IMG/VR virus record: IMGVR_UViG_3300023179_000204
Span: 1 to 42,378 of that record
Length of the DNA stretch: 42,378 nucleotides
Reading direction: 5' to 3' (one strand)
From: a virus
Taxonomy: Duplodnaviria > Caudoviricetes
Made by a program: the position numbers and the translations under genes. A model generated the notes under the pieces. That model was not told the DNA's origin, did not search any database, and saw only the letters and a list, made by a program, of their open reading frames with translations. Below, in pieces: positions 9,913-19,501 of the stretch (position 1 is its first letter; each line of letters opens with the position of its first letter).

Positions 9913-10764
9913 TTAATTATAAAAAAATTTTTTAATTTCATTTACAATTAAACCTTTCCCGTAGACTAATTCGTATCCTTCGAATTTTGCAAAAAAATTA
10001 ATTTCTAAAACGTAAATTTTATTTGAATCCTGATCAACAATAAAATCTACGGCGCAAAAATCAAGATTTAACAAATTAGCTATTTTTTCTGATATTATTT
10101 CTAATTCAGAAAAATCTATTTTATAAAAATGTGCTCCACTATAATAATTTACGATCTCATTATCTTTATTTTCTTTATATACAACTCCAAGAGATTTTTT
10201 ATTAATTACCATTACTCTATAATCTTTTTTATTTTTAATATATTTTTCTAAAAAAGTATTAGTTTGATTCATGGTTTCTTTATATTTACTTTTTTCTAAA
10301 TCTTTTGGTAAACATATTCCAAATCCTAAAGATCCATAGTTTAATTTATAAATATATTCATCTATATTTTTTTTATTAAAATCATTTGATATATCTAAAA
10401 ACGGAATATTATTTTCTTTAAAGAAAATATGTTGATTAATTTTATGCCTAATTAATTTAACATTTTCTGAAAATAAAAAATTTCCATTAAAAAATTTAAT
10501 ATTATTTTCTTTTATTTTTTTTGAAAATAAATCAAAATTATAAGGTAAGGATAACATTAGAATATTTTTAAAATTTTCAATACGTACATCTTCATTATTC
10601 GTTGTTGTTAACCACAAATTGATTTCTTTTTGATCAATTTCATATTTATATCCTTCATGATTTATTACTATAAAGTCTTGATCCTCTATAACTTGCTCGA
10701 TGAAATATCTATTTAATGGACTAAGAGGATTAATAAGTAATAAGATTTTATCTTTTTTTATCAT
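9913..10764 (-). CDS. RimK-like ATP-grasp ligase
   Basis: K..YGSLGFGI, LEKYI...DYRVMVI, FCAVDFI and VLEIN motifs. Confidence 0.8.
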   Translation of the reverse strand: MIKKDKILLLINPLSPLNRYFIEQVIEDQDFIVINHEGYKYEIDQKEINLWLTTTNNEDVRIENFKNILMLSLPYNFDLFSKKIKENNIKFFNGNFLFSENVKLIRHKINQHIFFKENNIPFLDISNDFNKKNIDEYIYKLNYGSLGFGICLPKDLEKSKYKETMNQTNTFLEKYIKNKKDYRVMVINKKSLGVVYKENKDNEIVNYYSGAHFYKIDFSELEIISEKIANLLNLDFCAVDFIVDQDSNKIYVLEINFFAKFEGYELVYGKGLIVNEIKKFFYN

Positions 10765-11201
10765 TAATTATTTATTTTGTCTATCGCTTTATCTATGATA
10801 TTATCTTGTGAAACTTTTTCTTTTAACCAACTATTTAAAACGCCAAAATAGACAAGGTGTTCGCTGTCGATAAGATACAGTTCATTTCCAAAATTATCTT
10901 TATAAGGTTTTATTCCAGAATCCTTATTAAGTTCTATAGCTTTTTCTTTTTTAAATTTAATTCTGTACATTTCAATTAAATTATTATAGCGTTCTCTTGC
11001 TTGAGAAGTAATTAGAGCGTCATCGCCAATAAAAGAAATTAATCCGCCATTATCTTTTTCATATTGTTTAGGAGTTGTTGCGTCATAAGATGATTTATCA
11101 TCTTCTATTTTATTTGGCGTAACAGTAGCGCAACCAATCAAAAGAAAATTAAGAACTAGTATGTTTGCGAATTTTTTCAAGATCTTTTTCCTTAACAGCA
11201 T
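10764..11201 (-). CDS. Lipoprotein, putative o-spanin
   Basis: Lipobox LLIG-C; 5' end overlaps the upstream 66-aa gene as in overlapped Rz/Rz1 pairs; start uncertain. Confidence 0.55.
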   Translation of the reverse strand: MLLRKKILKKFANILVLNFLLIGCATVTPNKIEDDKSSYDATTPKQYEKDNGGLISFIGDDALITSQARERYNNLIEMYRIKFKKEKAIELNKDSGIKPYKDNFGNELYLIDSEHLVYFGVLNSWLKEKVSQDNIIDKAIDKINN

Positions 11202-11349
11202 TTTCTATTTCACTTTGATACTCTACTTCTTTACGAGCTTGATCGCGCTCTTTCATTTCTTTGGTATTTTTTGCGCCAAAAAGATTATTAATTGCTGAAA
11301 ATATTCCAGAAACTGCACTAAGAAAAGCTTGTACAATTCCTGTTGGCAT
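11149..11349 (-). CDS. Putative i-spanin-like membrane protein
   Basis: Hydrophobic/amphipathic N-terminus followed by a charged helix; lies in the lysis cassette. Confidence 0.5.
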   Translation of the reverse strand: MPTGIVQAFLSAVSGIFSAINNLFGAKNTKEMKERDQARKEVEYQSEIENAVKEKDLEKIRKHTSS

Positions 11350-11808
11350 TTAGTCTACGTATTCTTCTGTAGCGTCTTTGCATCCACCTGCGATAGCATT
11401 AAGAACTTTAACAGCAAGAGCAGCGTCTCCATTTAATTTAACGAATTGTGCGGCATAGATATCTTTTACTGCAGTAATATATTTTGCCCAATGAGTTTTT
11501 TCTGCTGGAAGATAATCTGTAAGAGCTTTTTGTAATTGATCTGGAGTTGGAGTTTGACCAACTGTAAGAGCTTCGACTACTGTTGATACGTGATTAATCA
11601 TTTTAGCTTTTTCTATTCTATCTTCGGGTGAAAGAGCTTGCTCAAGAACTACTGTACAAGCAAGAATTACTGCTGGTTTAATATAAGGAAGAGCATTTTC
11701 AACTGCTGTTGTTCCGCCAACGGGTTGATCTTTTCTATTATCAATTGTTCCACATCCTACCATAATTAAGCTCATAAGAGTAACTGCAATTAAATTTAAT
11801 TTATTCAT
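11350..11808 (-). CDS. Helical lipoprotein in the lysis cassette
   Basis: Signal peptide with IMVG-C lipobox; SD GGAG; ATGA overlap with the holin. Confidence 0.7.
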   Translation of the reverse strand: MNKLNLIAVTLMSLIMVGCGTIDNRKDQPVGGTTAVENALPYIKPAVILACTVVLEQALSPEDRIEKAKMINHVSTVVEALTVGQTPTPDQLQKALTDYLPAEKTHWAKYITAVKDIYAAQFVKLNGDAALAVKVLNAIAGGCKDATEEYVD

Positions 11809-12089
11809 ATGTTTTCTCCATTTGTTCTATCTTTTGCTTCATTTGTTTGAGCTACTGTTCCACCAGTAACTGATGCATCTTTTACTGTTAATGCGAAAAT
11901 AATACCAGATACAACTGCAACTAATTTTGAAATTCCTGTAATATAAATTTCTGCTTGATCTGGAAGAAATGCTACTAATGAAGGATCAGAGTGAATTGCT
12001 ATCGCAGTACAAACTGCTACAACTGTGGCTATTCCAGACGAACTAGATCTCCAATTAGGTCCAAAAATTTTAGATAGCATAGTTTTCAT
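11805..12089 (-). CDS. Putative holin with 2 TM helices
   Basis: 94 aa; NWRSS..G followed by two hydrophobic helices and a KDASVTG tail; first gene of the lysis cassette. Confidence 0.65.
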   Translation of the reverse strand: MKTMLSKIFGPNWRSSSSGIATVVAVCTAIAIHSDPSLVAFLPDQAEIYITGISKLVAVVSGIIFALTVKDASVTGGTVAQTNEAKDRTNGENI

Positions 12090-12096
12090 AATATAT

Positions 12097-12101
12097 TACA
12101 C
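12097..12101 (-). promoter_or_regulatory. GTGTA putative late promoter of the lysis cassette
   Basis: GTGTA-N7-ATG of the holin. Confidence 0.7.
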
Positions 12102-12140
12102 TATATTATAAAATTAAAAATTAGTTTTTTCTAATATAAA

Positions 12141-13208
12141 TTATGCAATTTTTTCTATTAATACATAACTGCCAGAATTAAATGTGGTACTTGAACCATT
12201 ATGACTTCCATATGTAAAAGTTATAGAAGCATTTTGAAGAGGTCTTAATAGAGCTTTTCGAGTATGAGTATTTAGCCCACTTAAAACTCCCCAGAAGCCG
12301 CCAGCACCTTGATCAATTCCAGCTACAAGCATTCCATTAATAGCCGCAGAATAAGGACTAGGTATAGATCCTGCGGTATTATTAAATGAATATCTATATC
12401 CGTCCGCCCAAACAGAGTTTGTTGGGTTTTTACTTACATCTGAAAAAGAATTTGCTCCTCCAACCGAAAATCTAAAAAAGTTTTCACATCTATATAGTCT
12501 ACCTGCTTCTAGATAAAAAGTAAAAGCGTTAATTGCACTTGTACTAGCCGTGCTAGTATCTTGGGGCCAAATAGAATACTGATTTAAACCAGATATTATT
12601 GAACCGCTAGGAATAAACAAATTTCCACTTACTATATTAAATCCAGATTCATTTATTCTTGCTATAACTTTGCTTGCCGTTGTTCCTCCTGCATGAAATT
12701 CTATATTTGTATTAGGTGTTTGAGTTCCAATATCTAAATTTCCACCATTAATAAATAAATAACCATCATAGGCTGAACCATTGCTAAATGTTGGATCATT
12801 GTATCCAGAGTTATTTATTCCAAGATTAATATAATTTGCTGCGTCTGTGCCATTATTTGCGGTCAGAACTAAATCTGCTGTAGCAGTAGTTCCTGTTGCT
12901 CTATTTTGAATATTAACTTGTATATAAGTATTTCCACTACCAACTATTGATAGGGGATTATTTGATAATGATAAAGGTGATGCTCCAGAAAGAGAAAAAA
13001 CTCCAGAATCTAAAAAAGTTTTTGCTCCAGATATATTTTGAATTCCAGTATTATATACTAAATTATTTGCATTTACATTTGAAATATTTAAAGATGCATT
13101 ATTAGCATTTAATCTTTTTAATTCATTATTTTGAATACTCAAAATTGAATCTGTATTTAGATTTAAATTACTAATTGATCCAAAATCTTTTACATTTCTA
13201 AATGGCAT
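12141..13208 (-). CDS. Tail fibre-like structural protein
   Basis: VYNTGIQNISGAKTF fibre motif; S/G/N/T-rich beta repeats. Confidence 0.6.
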   Translation of the reverse strand: MPFRNVKDFGSISNLNLNTDSILSIQNNELKRLNANNASLNISNVNANNLVYNTGIQNISGAKTFLDSGVFSLSGASPLSLSNNPLSIVGSGNTYIQVNIQNRATGTTATADLVLTANNGTDAANYINLGINNSGYNDPTFSNGSAYDGYLFINGGNLDIGTQTPNTNIEFHAGGTTASKVIARINESGFNIVSGNLFIPSGSIISGLNQYSIWPQDTSTASTSAINAFTFYLEAGRLYRCENFFRFSVGGANSFSDVSKNPTNSVWADGYRYSFNNTAGSIPSPYSAAINGMLVAGIDQGAGGFWGVLSGLNTHTRKALLRPLQNASITFTYGSHNGSSTTFNSGSYVLIEKIA

Positions 13209-13217
13209 AAAATTTAT

Positions 13218-13222
13218 TACAC
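13218..13222 (-). promoter_or_regulatory. GTGTA putative late promoter element
   Basis: GTGTA-N9-ATG of gene 12141-13208. Confidence 0.75.
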
Positions 13223-13228
13223 TTATTA

Positions 13229-14518
13229 TTATAATGGAACTGCGCCACTATTATAAATTAAATTATATTCTATTGACGTTTCTGTTCCTAGTAAATCGTA
13301 TTCTACATTATTTTCAATGCCTTTTAATCCAAAAGGTACATTTGTATATAATACATTTCCACCAGCAAAAATTCCTCTTGTCCCAAAATCTGGATCAAGA
13401 TCAAAATTAAAACTTAAACTTACAGTTTTATTGCTGCCGATTGAAGAATCATAGTTTATATTATTAAATTTACATCCACTAAAAATAAATTTAGTTGGAT
13501 AAACGTTATTAGGATTTTTGCATTTATTAAAATCAACTACAATGTTATAGTCATCATTTGAATTAAGAGTTTCAAAAAATGAACCACTAAAATTCTCTTC
13601 TACAATAAAACTCGTGTTTAATGTTCCATTAATTGGAAATTCTATTTTTCTTAATAATGGTAATTTATAATTAACTGAACGATATGCTTTTCTATTAAAA
13701 TTCAAAGAAAAATTAATACCTTGAATTGTTTCTGTATAAAATGGAATTCCATTATTATTTGTATAAAAAGTCACAGTTGCATCTCCTGGAAGAAGAACGT
13801 TTTGACCACTTATATTTTGATCATTATAATTTAAACTTTTAGGAACTAAAATTTTTTCTAATTGATTTTCTATAAAACCAGATTTTAAATTTAATATTGA
13901 ATATGAAATATTTGAACCACTTAAATAATACATAATATTATCTGCAGTATAGCTTTGATTAACTTCTGGCACATTGCCTACCCGAAGATTAAAAGAATAT
14001 TCATTTAAATAAGCGTTTTGAAAATGTAAAATTCCATAATCTTTTGAATCAGGATCAACGATATCAACTAGTCCAGTAGGATTTACAAAATAATCTGTTA
14101 ATGGATAATTTTTAAAAAGATCTTCATCATTTTTATTTATAATAAGATAAAAATCTCTATTATTTAGTAGATTACTATTTGTGCATAAACCAGAAAACAT
14201 TGGAAAAGTTGATGGATTATAAAAATTTCCAATATCAAAATTTAATCTATTTTCATTTGTTACTCCATCCGGAATATATGAAAAATTAAAAGATACTTCT
14301 GGCGCTAAACCTTGACCAAGAAAGATATTTTGTTTTTGACCAAATCCTTGAGCATTTAAATCATTTTTTTGAATAGAATAATTAAAATTTTGTATTTTTT
14401 CTAATTTTTTAAGTATTCTATATCCGTTAAGATAATAATCAGAATAAGGATTTTGTTCATTAGAATATGGGCTAACAAATAACCCCTCTACATTATAGAT
14501 TATTCTATTTCTAGCCAT
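13229..14518 (-). CDS. Putative tail tube-like protein
   Basis: MARNRIIYN start; alternating beta strands (IQNFNYS, PEVSFNFSY, SSIGSNKTVSLSF) typical of tube folds. Confidence 0.5.
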   Translation of the reverse strand: MARNRIIYNVEGLFVSPYSNEQNPYSDYYLNGYRILKKLEKIQNFNYSIQKNDLNAQGFGQKQNIFLGQGLAPEVSFNFSYIPDGVTNENRLNFDIGNFYNPSTFPMFSGLCTNSNLLNNRDFYLIINKNDEDLFKNYPLTDYFVNPTGLVDIVDPDSKDYGILHFQNAYLNEYSFNLRVGNVPEVNQSYTADNIMYYLSGSNISYSILNLKSGFIENQLEKILVPKSLNYNDQNISGQNVLLPGDATVTFYTNNNGIPFYTETIQGINFSLNFNRKAYRSVNYKLPLLRKIEFPINGTLNTSFIVEENFSGSFFETLNSNDDYNIVVDFNKCKNPNNVYPTKFIFSGCKFNNINYDSSIGSNKTVSLSFNFDLDPDFGTRGIFAGGNVLYTNVPFGLKGIENNVEYDLLGTETSIEYNLIYNSGAVPL

Positions 14519-14541
14519 TTACCTTAATCCTTATACAGGAT

Positions 14542-14546
14542 TACAC
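14542..14546 (-). promoter_or_regulatory. GTGTA putative late promoter, leadered variant
   Basis: GTGTA-N23-ATG with AAGG SD-like sequence in the leader. Confidence 0.65.
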
Positions 14547-14555
14547 TTTTATTTT

Positions 14556-14780
14556 TTACCATTGAGCTAAAGCTGTTCTAACCCATTTATTATCTTGAAT
14601 ACAAATATAAAAATAATTACTATCGTAAGCTATATCTCCGGCAGAACCACTCGAATTCGAGTTTAGGGGAACGGAAGTAAACAAAATCCCAATTTTTTTA
14701 TTATCAAAATATAAACTATTTTTTTCAACTTTTATAAGTTTACCATCTATATTTAAATATTTTGTTTCAATTCTTTTCAT
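14556..14780 (-). CDS. Small fibre-module protein
   Basis: PLNSNSSGSAGDIAYDSNYFYIC...WVRTALAQW module shared with three nearby genes. Confidence 0.7.
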   Translation of the reverse strand: MKRIETKYLNIDGKLIKVEKNSLYFDNKKIGILFTSVPLNSNSSGSAGDIAYDSNYFYICIQDNKWVRTALAQW

Positions 14781-14785
14781 TTATA

Positions 14786-14968
14786 TTACCTCTGATAACG
14801 TGACCCCCCATTAACACCTTGCCAGGTGCTGCCAGGGTAATCACTGGAATTTAATCCTTCGATTTGCACCGAGTTATTTATATTCACTTGACTCCCTCTC
14901 CAGGTGCTAGGCGCACCCACAGAAGTGATCACGTTATAAGAGCTATATAAATTCATTTTATTTACCAT
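14786..14968 (-). CDS. Small hypothetical protein
   Basis: 60 aa filling the gap; internal PSTWRG / GSTWQG repeat. Confidence 0.5.
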   Translation of the reverse strand: MVNKMNLYSSYNVITSVGAPSTWRGSQVNINNSVQIEGLNSSDYPGSTWQGVNGGSRYQR

Positions 14969-16680
14969 TTAACTACATTTTGTTTGTCTGGATTGTTAAA
15001 ATCAGGTCTAGTATTATAAACAAATAATTCGTTTTGTTCAAAAGCGTAATCTTTTCCAGAAATTATATAGAATGGCCTAGAGCTATATGTATCTGAATCT
15101 TTTTCATCATAACATTCAACTGTTCTAGTATAACCGTCGTATACTTTTTCTTGAACTGGCCAGATATTTTTAATTATTCTTTGTTGTTGTTGAGATCTAT
15201 CATCTCTATTAAATATAAATTTTACATTCACTTTCTTTGCTTGATGTAAATTTGAAGAAGTTGGTCTTTTAAAATTAATTCTTTCTTTAGTTATGATTTC
15301 ATTTGGAAGATCAAGGCTATTTGTGGTAAATGGAGCATAAATTAAATCTTGATTATCAAATATAAAATTTGGAGTAAAATATCTAAGATTATTAGGTATG
15401 CGGATTGCGCTTGAATCGTAAGAAAAAGCTTTTGCATCTGTAATATATTTAGAATATTTATTAATCTTTGCGTAAGGCAAATCGAAAGTTCCAATTCTTG
15501 GGCTTAAATAAGCTCCAGTTACTGATCTATCGAGATAATCAAAAGTTCCCCATCTTCCTGCATTACTTAATATATATAAACCATTTATTGTGGAGTAATA
15601 AGAACTAACCATTCTTGATACATATATATTTTTAGAAGTATCTGTCAAACTATACCATCCCGCGGTAGGATTCTCTACAGCAGTTCTAATATCGCCATAT
15701 CTTCTAAATATATGTGGACTTGAAGTTATTCCAGATGTTCTATATAAAGTATTAAAATTAATTAAATCTGGAGCTATAGTATAACTTATTCCTTCATTCT
15801 TTGGCTGAGATAATACCCATACATTTGTTGCGCCACTATTATATATTCTATAATTATTTTCATTTATATAATAACTTGGAGCAGGCGCTTGATTATTTGC
15901 TACATATATTCCATTTGCTTGAAATTCGGTTGCGCCTTCTACATATAAGGCTCTACCGCTAGCAATTGATTTAAATCTATCTTGAGTATATAAAATTCTA
16001 GAAGAATTTCCATAATTTATACGCTGCCCACTTTTGATAGAGACTTCAATAAAAGTTTCAAGATGGTGATTTTTAGGTTGAATAGATAACTGTCTGCCAC
16101 TATATAAATCATATCTCGCATATCCATGGCCAATAATTGGATGAAATCTAAGAGATTGCAATGCTAAATTTTTATAAGCGCTTTGAGGATGAAATTTTAC
16201 GAAATTATTATTTCCAGATACTCCCGTAAATAAACTTGAAGGAGTTTTTTCATAACTATTATCTCTATTTGCATCATTTTCTACAACCATATATGGTTTT
16301 GCTTTTAATGTAGAAATATATCTTAAATTAGATGCAGTTGATCCTGCTCCTTGCTCTAATAAACTACTTTTTGGTTCAATTGTAAAATAAACAAAATTTC
16401 CTGGTTCTAATCCAGATGGAATACCTTGTAATTTTTGATTTTCATTTATATATCTTCTAAAAGAATTACCTTCTAGCCCTGCGCTTAACCATTTTTGTTT
16501 TCTATATTTATTTGGATCGGTAGATAGACGGGAAACTGGTGGAAAAAATCCAGTATATACACTATCGATAAAAAATTGTTGACCACTATTTAAACTTATT
16601 CCTTGGCTAGAATTTATATAAGAAAATCCACCTTGAGGTACTTTTTGTAAAGTTAATACTCTTTCGTATCTTACTGCCAT
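14962..16680 (-). CDS. Hypothetical structural protein
   Basis: 572-aa ORF in the late operon; Y/S/G/N-rich. Confidence 0.75.
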   Translation of the reverse strand: MAVRYERVLTLQKVPQGGFSYINSSQGISLNSGQQFFIDSVYTGFFPPVSRLSTDPNKYRKQKWLSAGLEGNSFRRYINENQKLQGIPSGLEPGNFVYFTIEPKSSLLEQGAGSTASNLRYISTLKAKPYMVVENDANRDNSYEKTPSSLFTGVSGNNNFVKFHPQSAYKNLALQSLRFHPIIGHGYARYDLYSGRQLSIQPKNHHLETFIEVSIKSGQRINYGNSSRILYTQDRFKSIASGRALYVEGATEFQANGIYVANNQAPAPSYYINENNYRIYNSGATNVWVLSQPKNEGISYTIAPDLINFNTLYRTSGITSSPHIFRRYGDIRTAVENPTAGWYSLTDTSKNIYVSRMVSSYYSTINGLYILSNAGRWGTFDYLDRSVTGAYLSPRIGTFDLPYAKINKYSKYITDAKAFSYDSSAIRIPNNLRYFTPNFIFDNQDLIYAPFTTNSLDLPNEIITKERINFKRPTSSNLHQAKKVNVKFIFNRDDRSQQQQRIIKNIWPVQEKVYDGYTRTVECYDEKDSDTYSSRPFYIISGKDYAFEQNELFVYNTRPDFNNPDKQNVVKW

Positions 16681-16681
16681 A

Positions 16682-16966
16682 TTATTCTAAACTCCAATTT
16701 GTTCCAAGTGGCGTTGCTCTCCAATCTCCTTGAATTCCATTTCCGCTAACACAAACAAAAATCCAGCTATTGTTAAAAGCAATTTGCCCACTAAAACCTG
16801 GAGAATTAGGGGCAGATGGAGTGTAGTGTGGATTAAGTATTATATTATTTAATGTTTTTATTCCAGAAATTGTTTGATTTGAATGTAATGTAACATATCT
16901 AAGGTCTAGTTGGCCAGAATTAGTTAGCTGTGGAGTAAATATCTGTAATCCATTAAATGTACGCAT
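16682..16966 (-). CDS. Small fibre-module protein
   Basis: N-terminus paralogous to 19039-19479; C-terminal PSAPNSPGFSGQIAF..WIFVC..W module. Confidence 0.75.
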   Translation of the reverse strand: MRTFNGLQIFTPQLTNSGQLDLRYVTLHSNQTISGIKTLNNIILNPHYTPSAPNSPGFSGQIAFNNSWIFVCVSGNGIQGDWRATPLGTNWSLE

Positions 16967-16976
16967 ATAATGATAT

Positions 16977-16981
16977 TACAC
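16977..16981 (-). promoter_or_regulatory. GTGTA putative late promoter element
   Basis: GTGTA-N10-ATG of gene 16682-16966. Confidence 0.75.
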
Positions 16982-17009
16982 AAATTTATTAAAAAATATT
17001 AAATATAAA

Positions 17010-18008
17010 TTACCACTCAGAAAGAGCAGTTCTTCGCCATTTTATACCATTATGATAATATAAATAATTAGAATCAAAAGCTATTTGACCTGATTCTCCA
17101 ATTGAATTTGAATTAGTTGGTATATTTTTTGCATTTAAAAAGATTTTATTTGCATTTAAACTAATTGTCGCTGTATTTGCCACAGCATCACCAAATTGTG
17201 AATTTAAATTAATATTTCCGCCTGGACTTAAATTAATATCTCCATCTGCGCTTAAATTAATGTTATTTCCATCTTTTGCGGTTTGTAATGATATATCTTG
17301 ATTTAACTCTATAGAGGCTGTACTATATATACCTGATTGATTAAAATTCTCATTTTGAACAGATGCATTTACTCCAGCTAATTTTATGCCATTTGCTCCT
17401 AATGATATATATGAAACAGAACTTACTCTATCTTTTGGATATCCTGCTTGTTTAAGCCAATTGTTTGTTTCTAATGTAATTGATGTTTGTGTGGCTGGAT
17501 AATAATTTGTTGCTGAAAGTGTATTGTCATGTTGAAAACCTGCCATGTATGATCCTATTTTAAATTCGGATCCAGGAGTTATTTTACCAAAAACACCACC
17601 TTGAGCATAAGGTCCAGAAAATTCTGAACCTGCGTTTTTTATATATATTCCATTGTCAAAATCTAATGTTAATGCAAGGGCTTCATCTGCTTGTTTTTTT
17701 CTTACTCCTCCGTCGCCTAAAACTACAGCTCCATCGAATGTATCAGTAATTTCGCTTTGTCTATTGTATGCAGATTTAGGTATTGTTACATTACTTCCCG
17801 CAACTATGCTAGCGTAACTTGATACAACTTTATTATTACTTCCTCCTAATACATTAGAATAATTTCCACTAATTGTATTATTAAATCCGCCTACTATAGT
17901 TTGTGAATTATATGCTTTTGAAATCGTATTAGAATTATTTTCTATAAAATATGCAAAACTTCCGTCTGCATTATAAACCGCGTATACACTTTCATTATTT
18001 GTTATCAT
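17010..18008 (-). CDS. Fibre/adhesin-like protein
   Basis: IVGGFNN / VLGGSNN beta-roll repeats; C-terminal PTNSNSIGESGQIAFDSNY...WRRTALSEW module. Confidence 0.65.
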   Translation of the reverse strand: MITNNESVYAVYNADGSFAYFIENNSNTISKAYNSQTIVGGFNNTISGNYSNVLGGSNNKVVSSYASIVAGSNVTIPKSAYNRQSEITDTFDGAVVLGDGGVRKKQADEALALTLDFDNGIYIKNAGSEFSGPYAQGGVFGKITPGSEFKIGSYMAGFQHDNTLSATNYYPATQTSITLETNNWLKQAGYPKDRVSSVSYISLGANGIKLAGVNASVQNENFNQSGIYSTASIELNQDISLQTAKDGNNINLSADGDINLSPGGNINLNSQFGDAVANTATISLNANKIFLNAKNIPTNSNSIGESGQIAFDSNYLYYHNGIKWRRTALSEW

Positions 18009-18011
18009 AAA

Positions 18012-19037
18012 TTATACAAATGGATATTTTCTAAAAGATCCTCCATTATAAAGGGCGGATATTTCTGTTTGAGAAAGAGCTGCACCATTCCAAAGGCCAA
18101 CATTTCTAACTATGACTTTATTATTTTCTGCGATAAAACCATTTGGATTTCCACTTACATTTGATAAAGATGTTCCCCCTATTGCTAAACCTGCTGCGGC
18201 ACTGGTCGCTCCAAATAAATAACCTGCGTTAAATTGAGAAATTGTTTGTGTACCAATATTTAAAGATCCCTGGAAAGCTCCATTAATATAATATCTCATC
18301 GTAGTATTATCAAAAGTTCCAACTACTTGATAATGTGAAGAATTATTAAATTGATCAACTGATTTTATGCTATACCAATCATTTAAGAAGTCTCCATTAA
18401 CATTTCCTTTAGGCATTTTAAAATTTAGATAATTTCCACTAAATTCAAAATGAAAGCCTAACTCTCCATATTTTGAACCTAATAAAAATCCATCAGAATT
18501 AACTCTTTTTGTTTCAAAGCTAATAGAAAATTTATCTGGTTTTATTCCTTCTGGTAATCCATAAAATAGCATTGCTTTTGTATATCCTGGTCTGACAAAT
18601 GCATTTGGATCAATTAATCCATTTCCAAATGTTCCCGAAGTAAAAGCGCCATTAGCATTATAAGAAATAGATGAAGGTGCATATAAATCTCTTCCGCCTA
18701 ATATTGCCAAATTATTTATTGTTAAATACCAATAATAATTTGGATTTGTTATTCCAAGTGGTGAAATACTTGATATATTGGCCCATTCAGAAGTTAAGCG
18801 CCCTCTTGACCATTGATTATTTTGATTGCAATAGTAAATATAATTTTTATCAAAAGCAATACTTCCTTTTAATCCAGCTGCATTAGGATTGCTTGGAATA
18901 CTGCTTATAGAAATATTCGCGTTTAAACTTGGATCTAATACCATTTGATATCCAGAAACAATAAATTGATTTGTGGTTGGTTCTATAAAAAGACCTTTAT
19001 TTGGGGCTATTGAGTATATTGTATTTAATGTTGCCAT
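18012..19037 (-). CDS. LamG-like (concanavalin A jelly-roll) virion protein
   Basis: YQVVGTFD..MRYYING and VGLWNGAALSQTEISALYN motifs; fibre module near the N-terminus. Confidence 0.75.
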   Translation of the reverse strand: MATLNTIYSIAPNKGLFIEPTTNQFIVSGYQMVLDPSLNANISISSIPSNPNAAGLKGSIAFDKNYIYYCNQNNQWSRGRLTSEWANISSISPLGITNPNYYWYLTINNLAILGGRDLYAPSSISYNANGAFTSGTFGNGLIDPNAFVRPGYTKAMLFYGLPEGIKPDKFSISFETKRVNSDGFLLGSKYGELGFHFEFSGNYLNFKMPKGNVNGDFLNDWYSIKSVDQFNNSSHYQVVGTFDNTTMRYYINGAFQGSLNIGTQTISQFNAGYLFGATSAAAGLAIGGTSLSNVSGNPNGFIAENNKVIVRNVGLWNGAALSQTEISALYNGGSFRKYPFV

Positions 19038-19038
19038 A

Positions 19039-19479
19039 TTATGTTATCCCTTGCGAAAAGCCTAGGCCAATCCATCCTGTATAATTATTATTTTTTATTC
19101 CAGCAAGTGTTACTCCATTTTTTTTGTATATATATAAATAATCATCATTAGAGTTTTCAAATCTTTGCTCTGGAGAAAAAGTATAAATTGTTAATGGATT
19201 CCAAGAATTTGAATTATTTTTAATAGTAAAAATTTTTCCATTAGAAATATCTGGCAAATATCCAGTACAATATACTTCGTCAGTATCAGAACTGAAAACA
19301 GTTAAATTTTTAGTAACATTAAAATTAGTTTCTTTAAAAAAATCAACACTTTGATCTAAATTATTTAAAAATATATTAGCGGGTTCAGTATTTCCTGTTA
19401 TACGTACATATCTCTGATCTAATTGACCAGAATTAGTTAATTGCTGTGTAAATATTTGTAATCCATTAAATGTACGCAT
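19039..19479 (-). CDS. Structural protein, N-terminal paralog of 16682-16966
   Basis: MRTFNGLQIFT.QLTNSGQLD.RYV start; LPD...GKIFTIKN domain. Confidence 0.7.
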   Translation of the reverse strand: MRTFNGLQIFTQQLTNSGQLDQRYVRITGNTEPANIFLNNLDQSVDFFKETNFNVTKNLTVFSSDTDEVYCTGYLPDISNGKIFTIKNNSNSWNPLTIYTFSPEQRFENSNDDYLYIYKKNGVTLAGIKNNNYTGWIGLGFSQGIT

Positions 19480-19488
19480 ACAAATAGT

Positions 19489-19493
19489 TACAC
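19489..19493 (-). promoter_or_regulatory. GTGTA putative late promoter element
   Basis: GTGTA-N9-ATG of gene 19039-19479. Confidence 0.75.
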
Positions 19494-19501
19494 TTTATAT
19501 A

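Noticed and set aside
9847-9915. ATP-grasp stop is in frame with the endolysin across 22 open codons, suggesting readthrough fusion
   Set aside because: The stop is TAA, no recoding signal is visible, and an open stretch this short can occur by chance.
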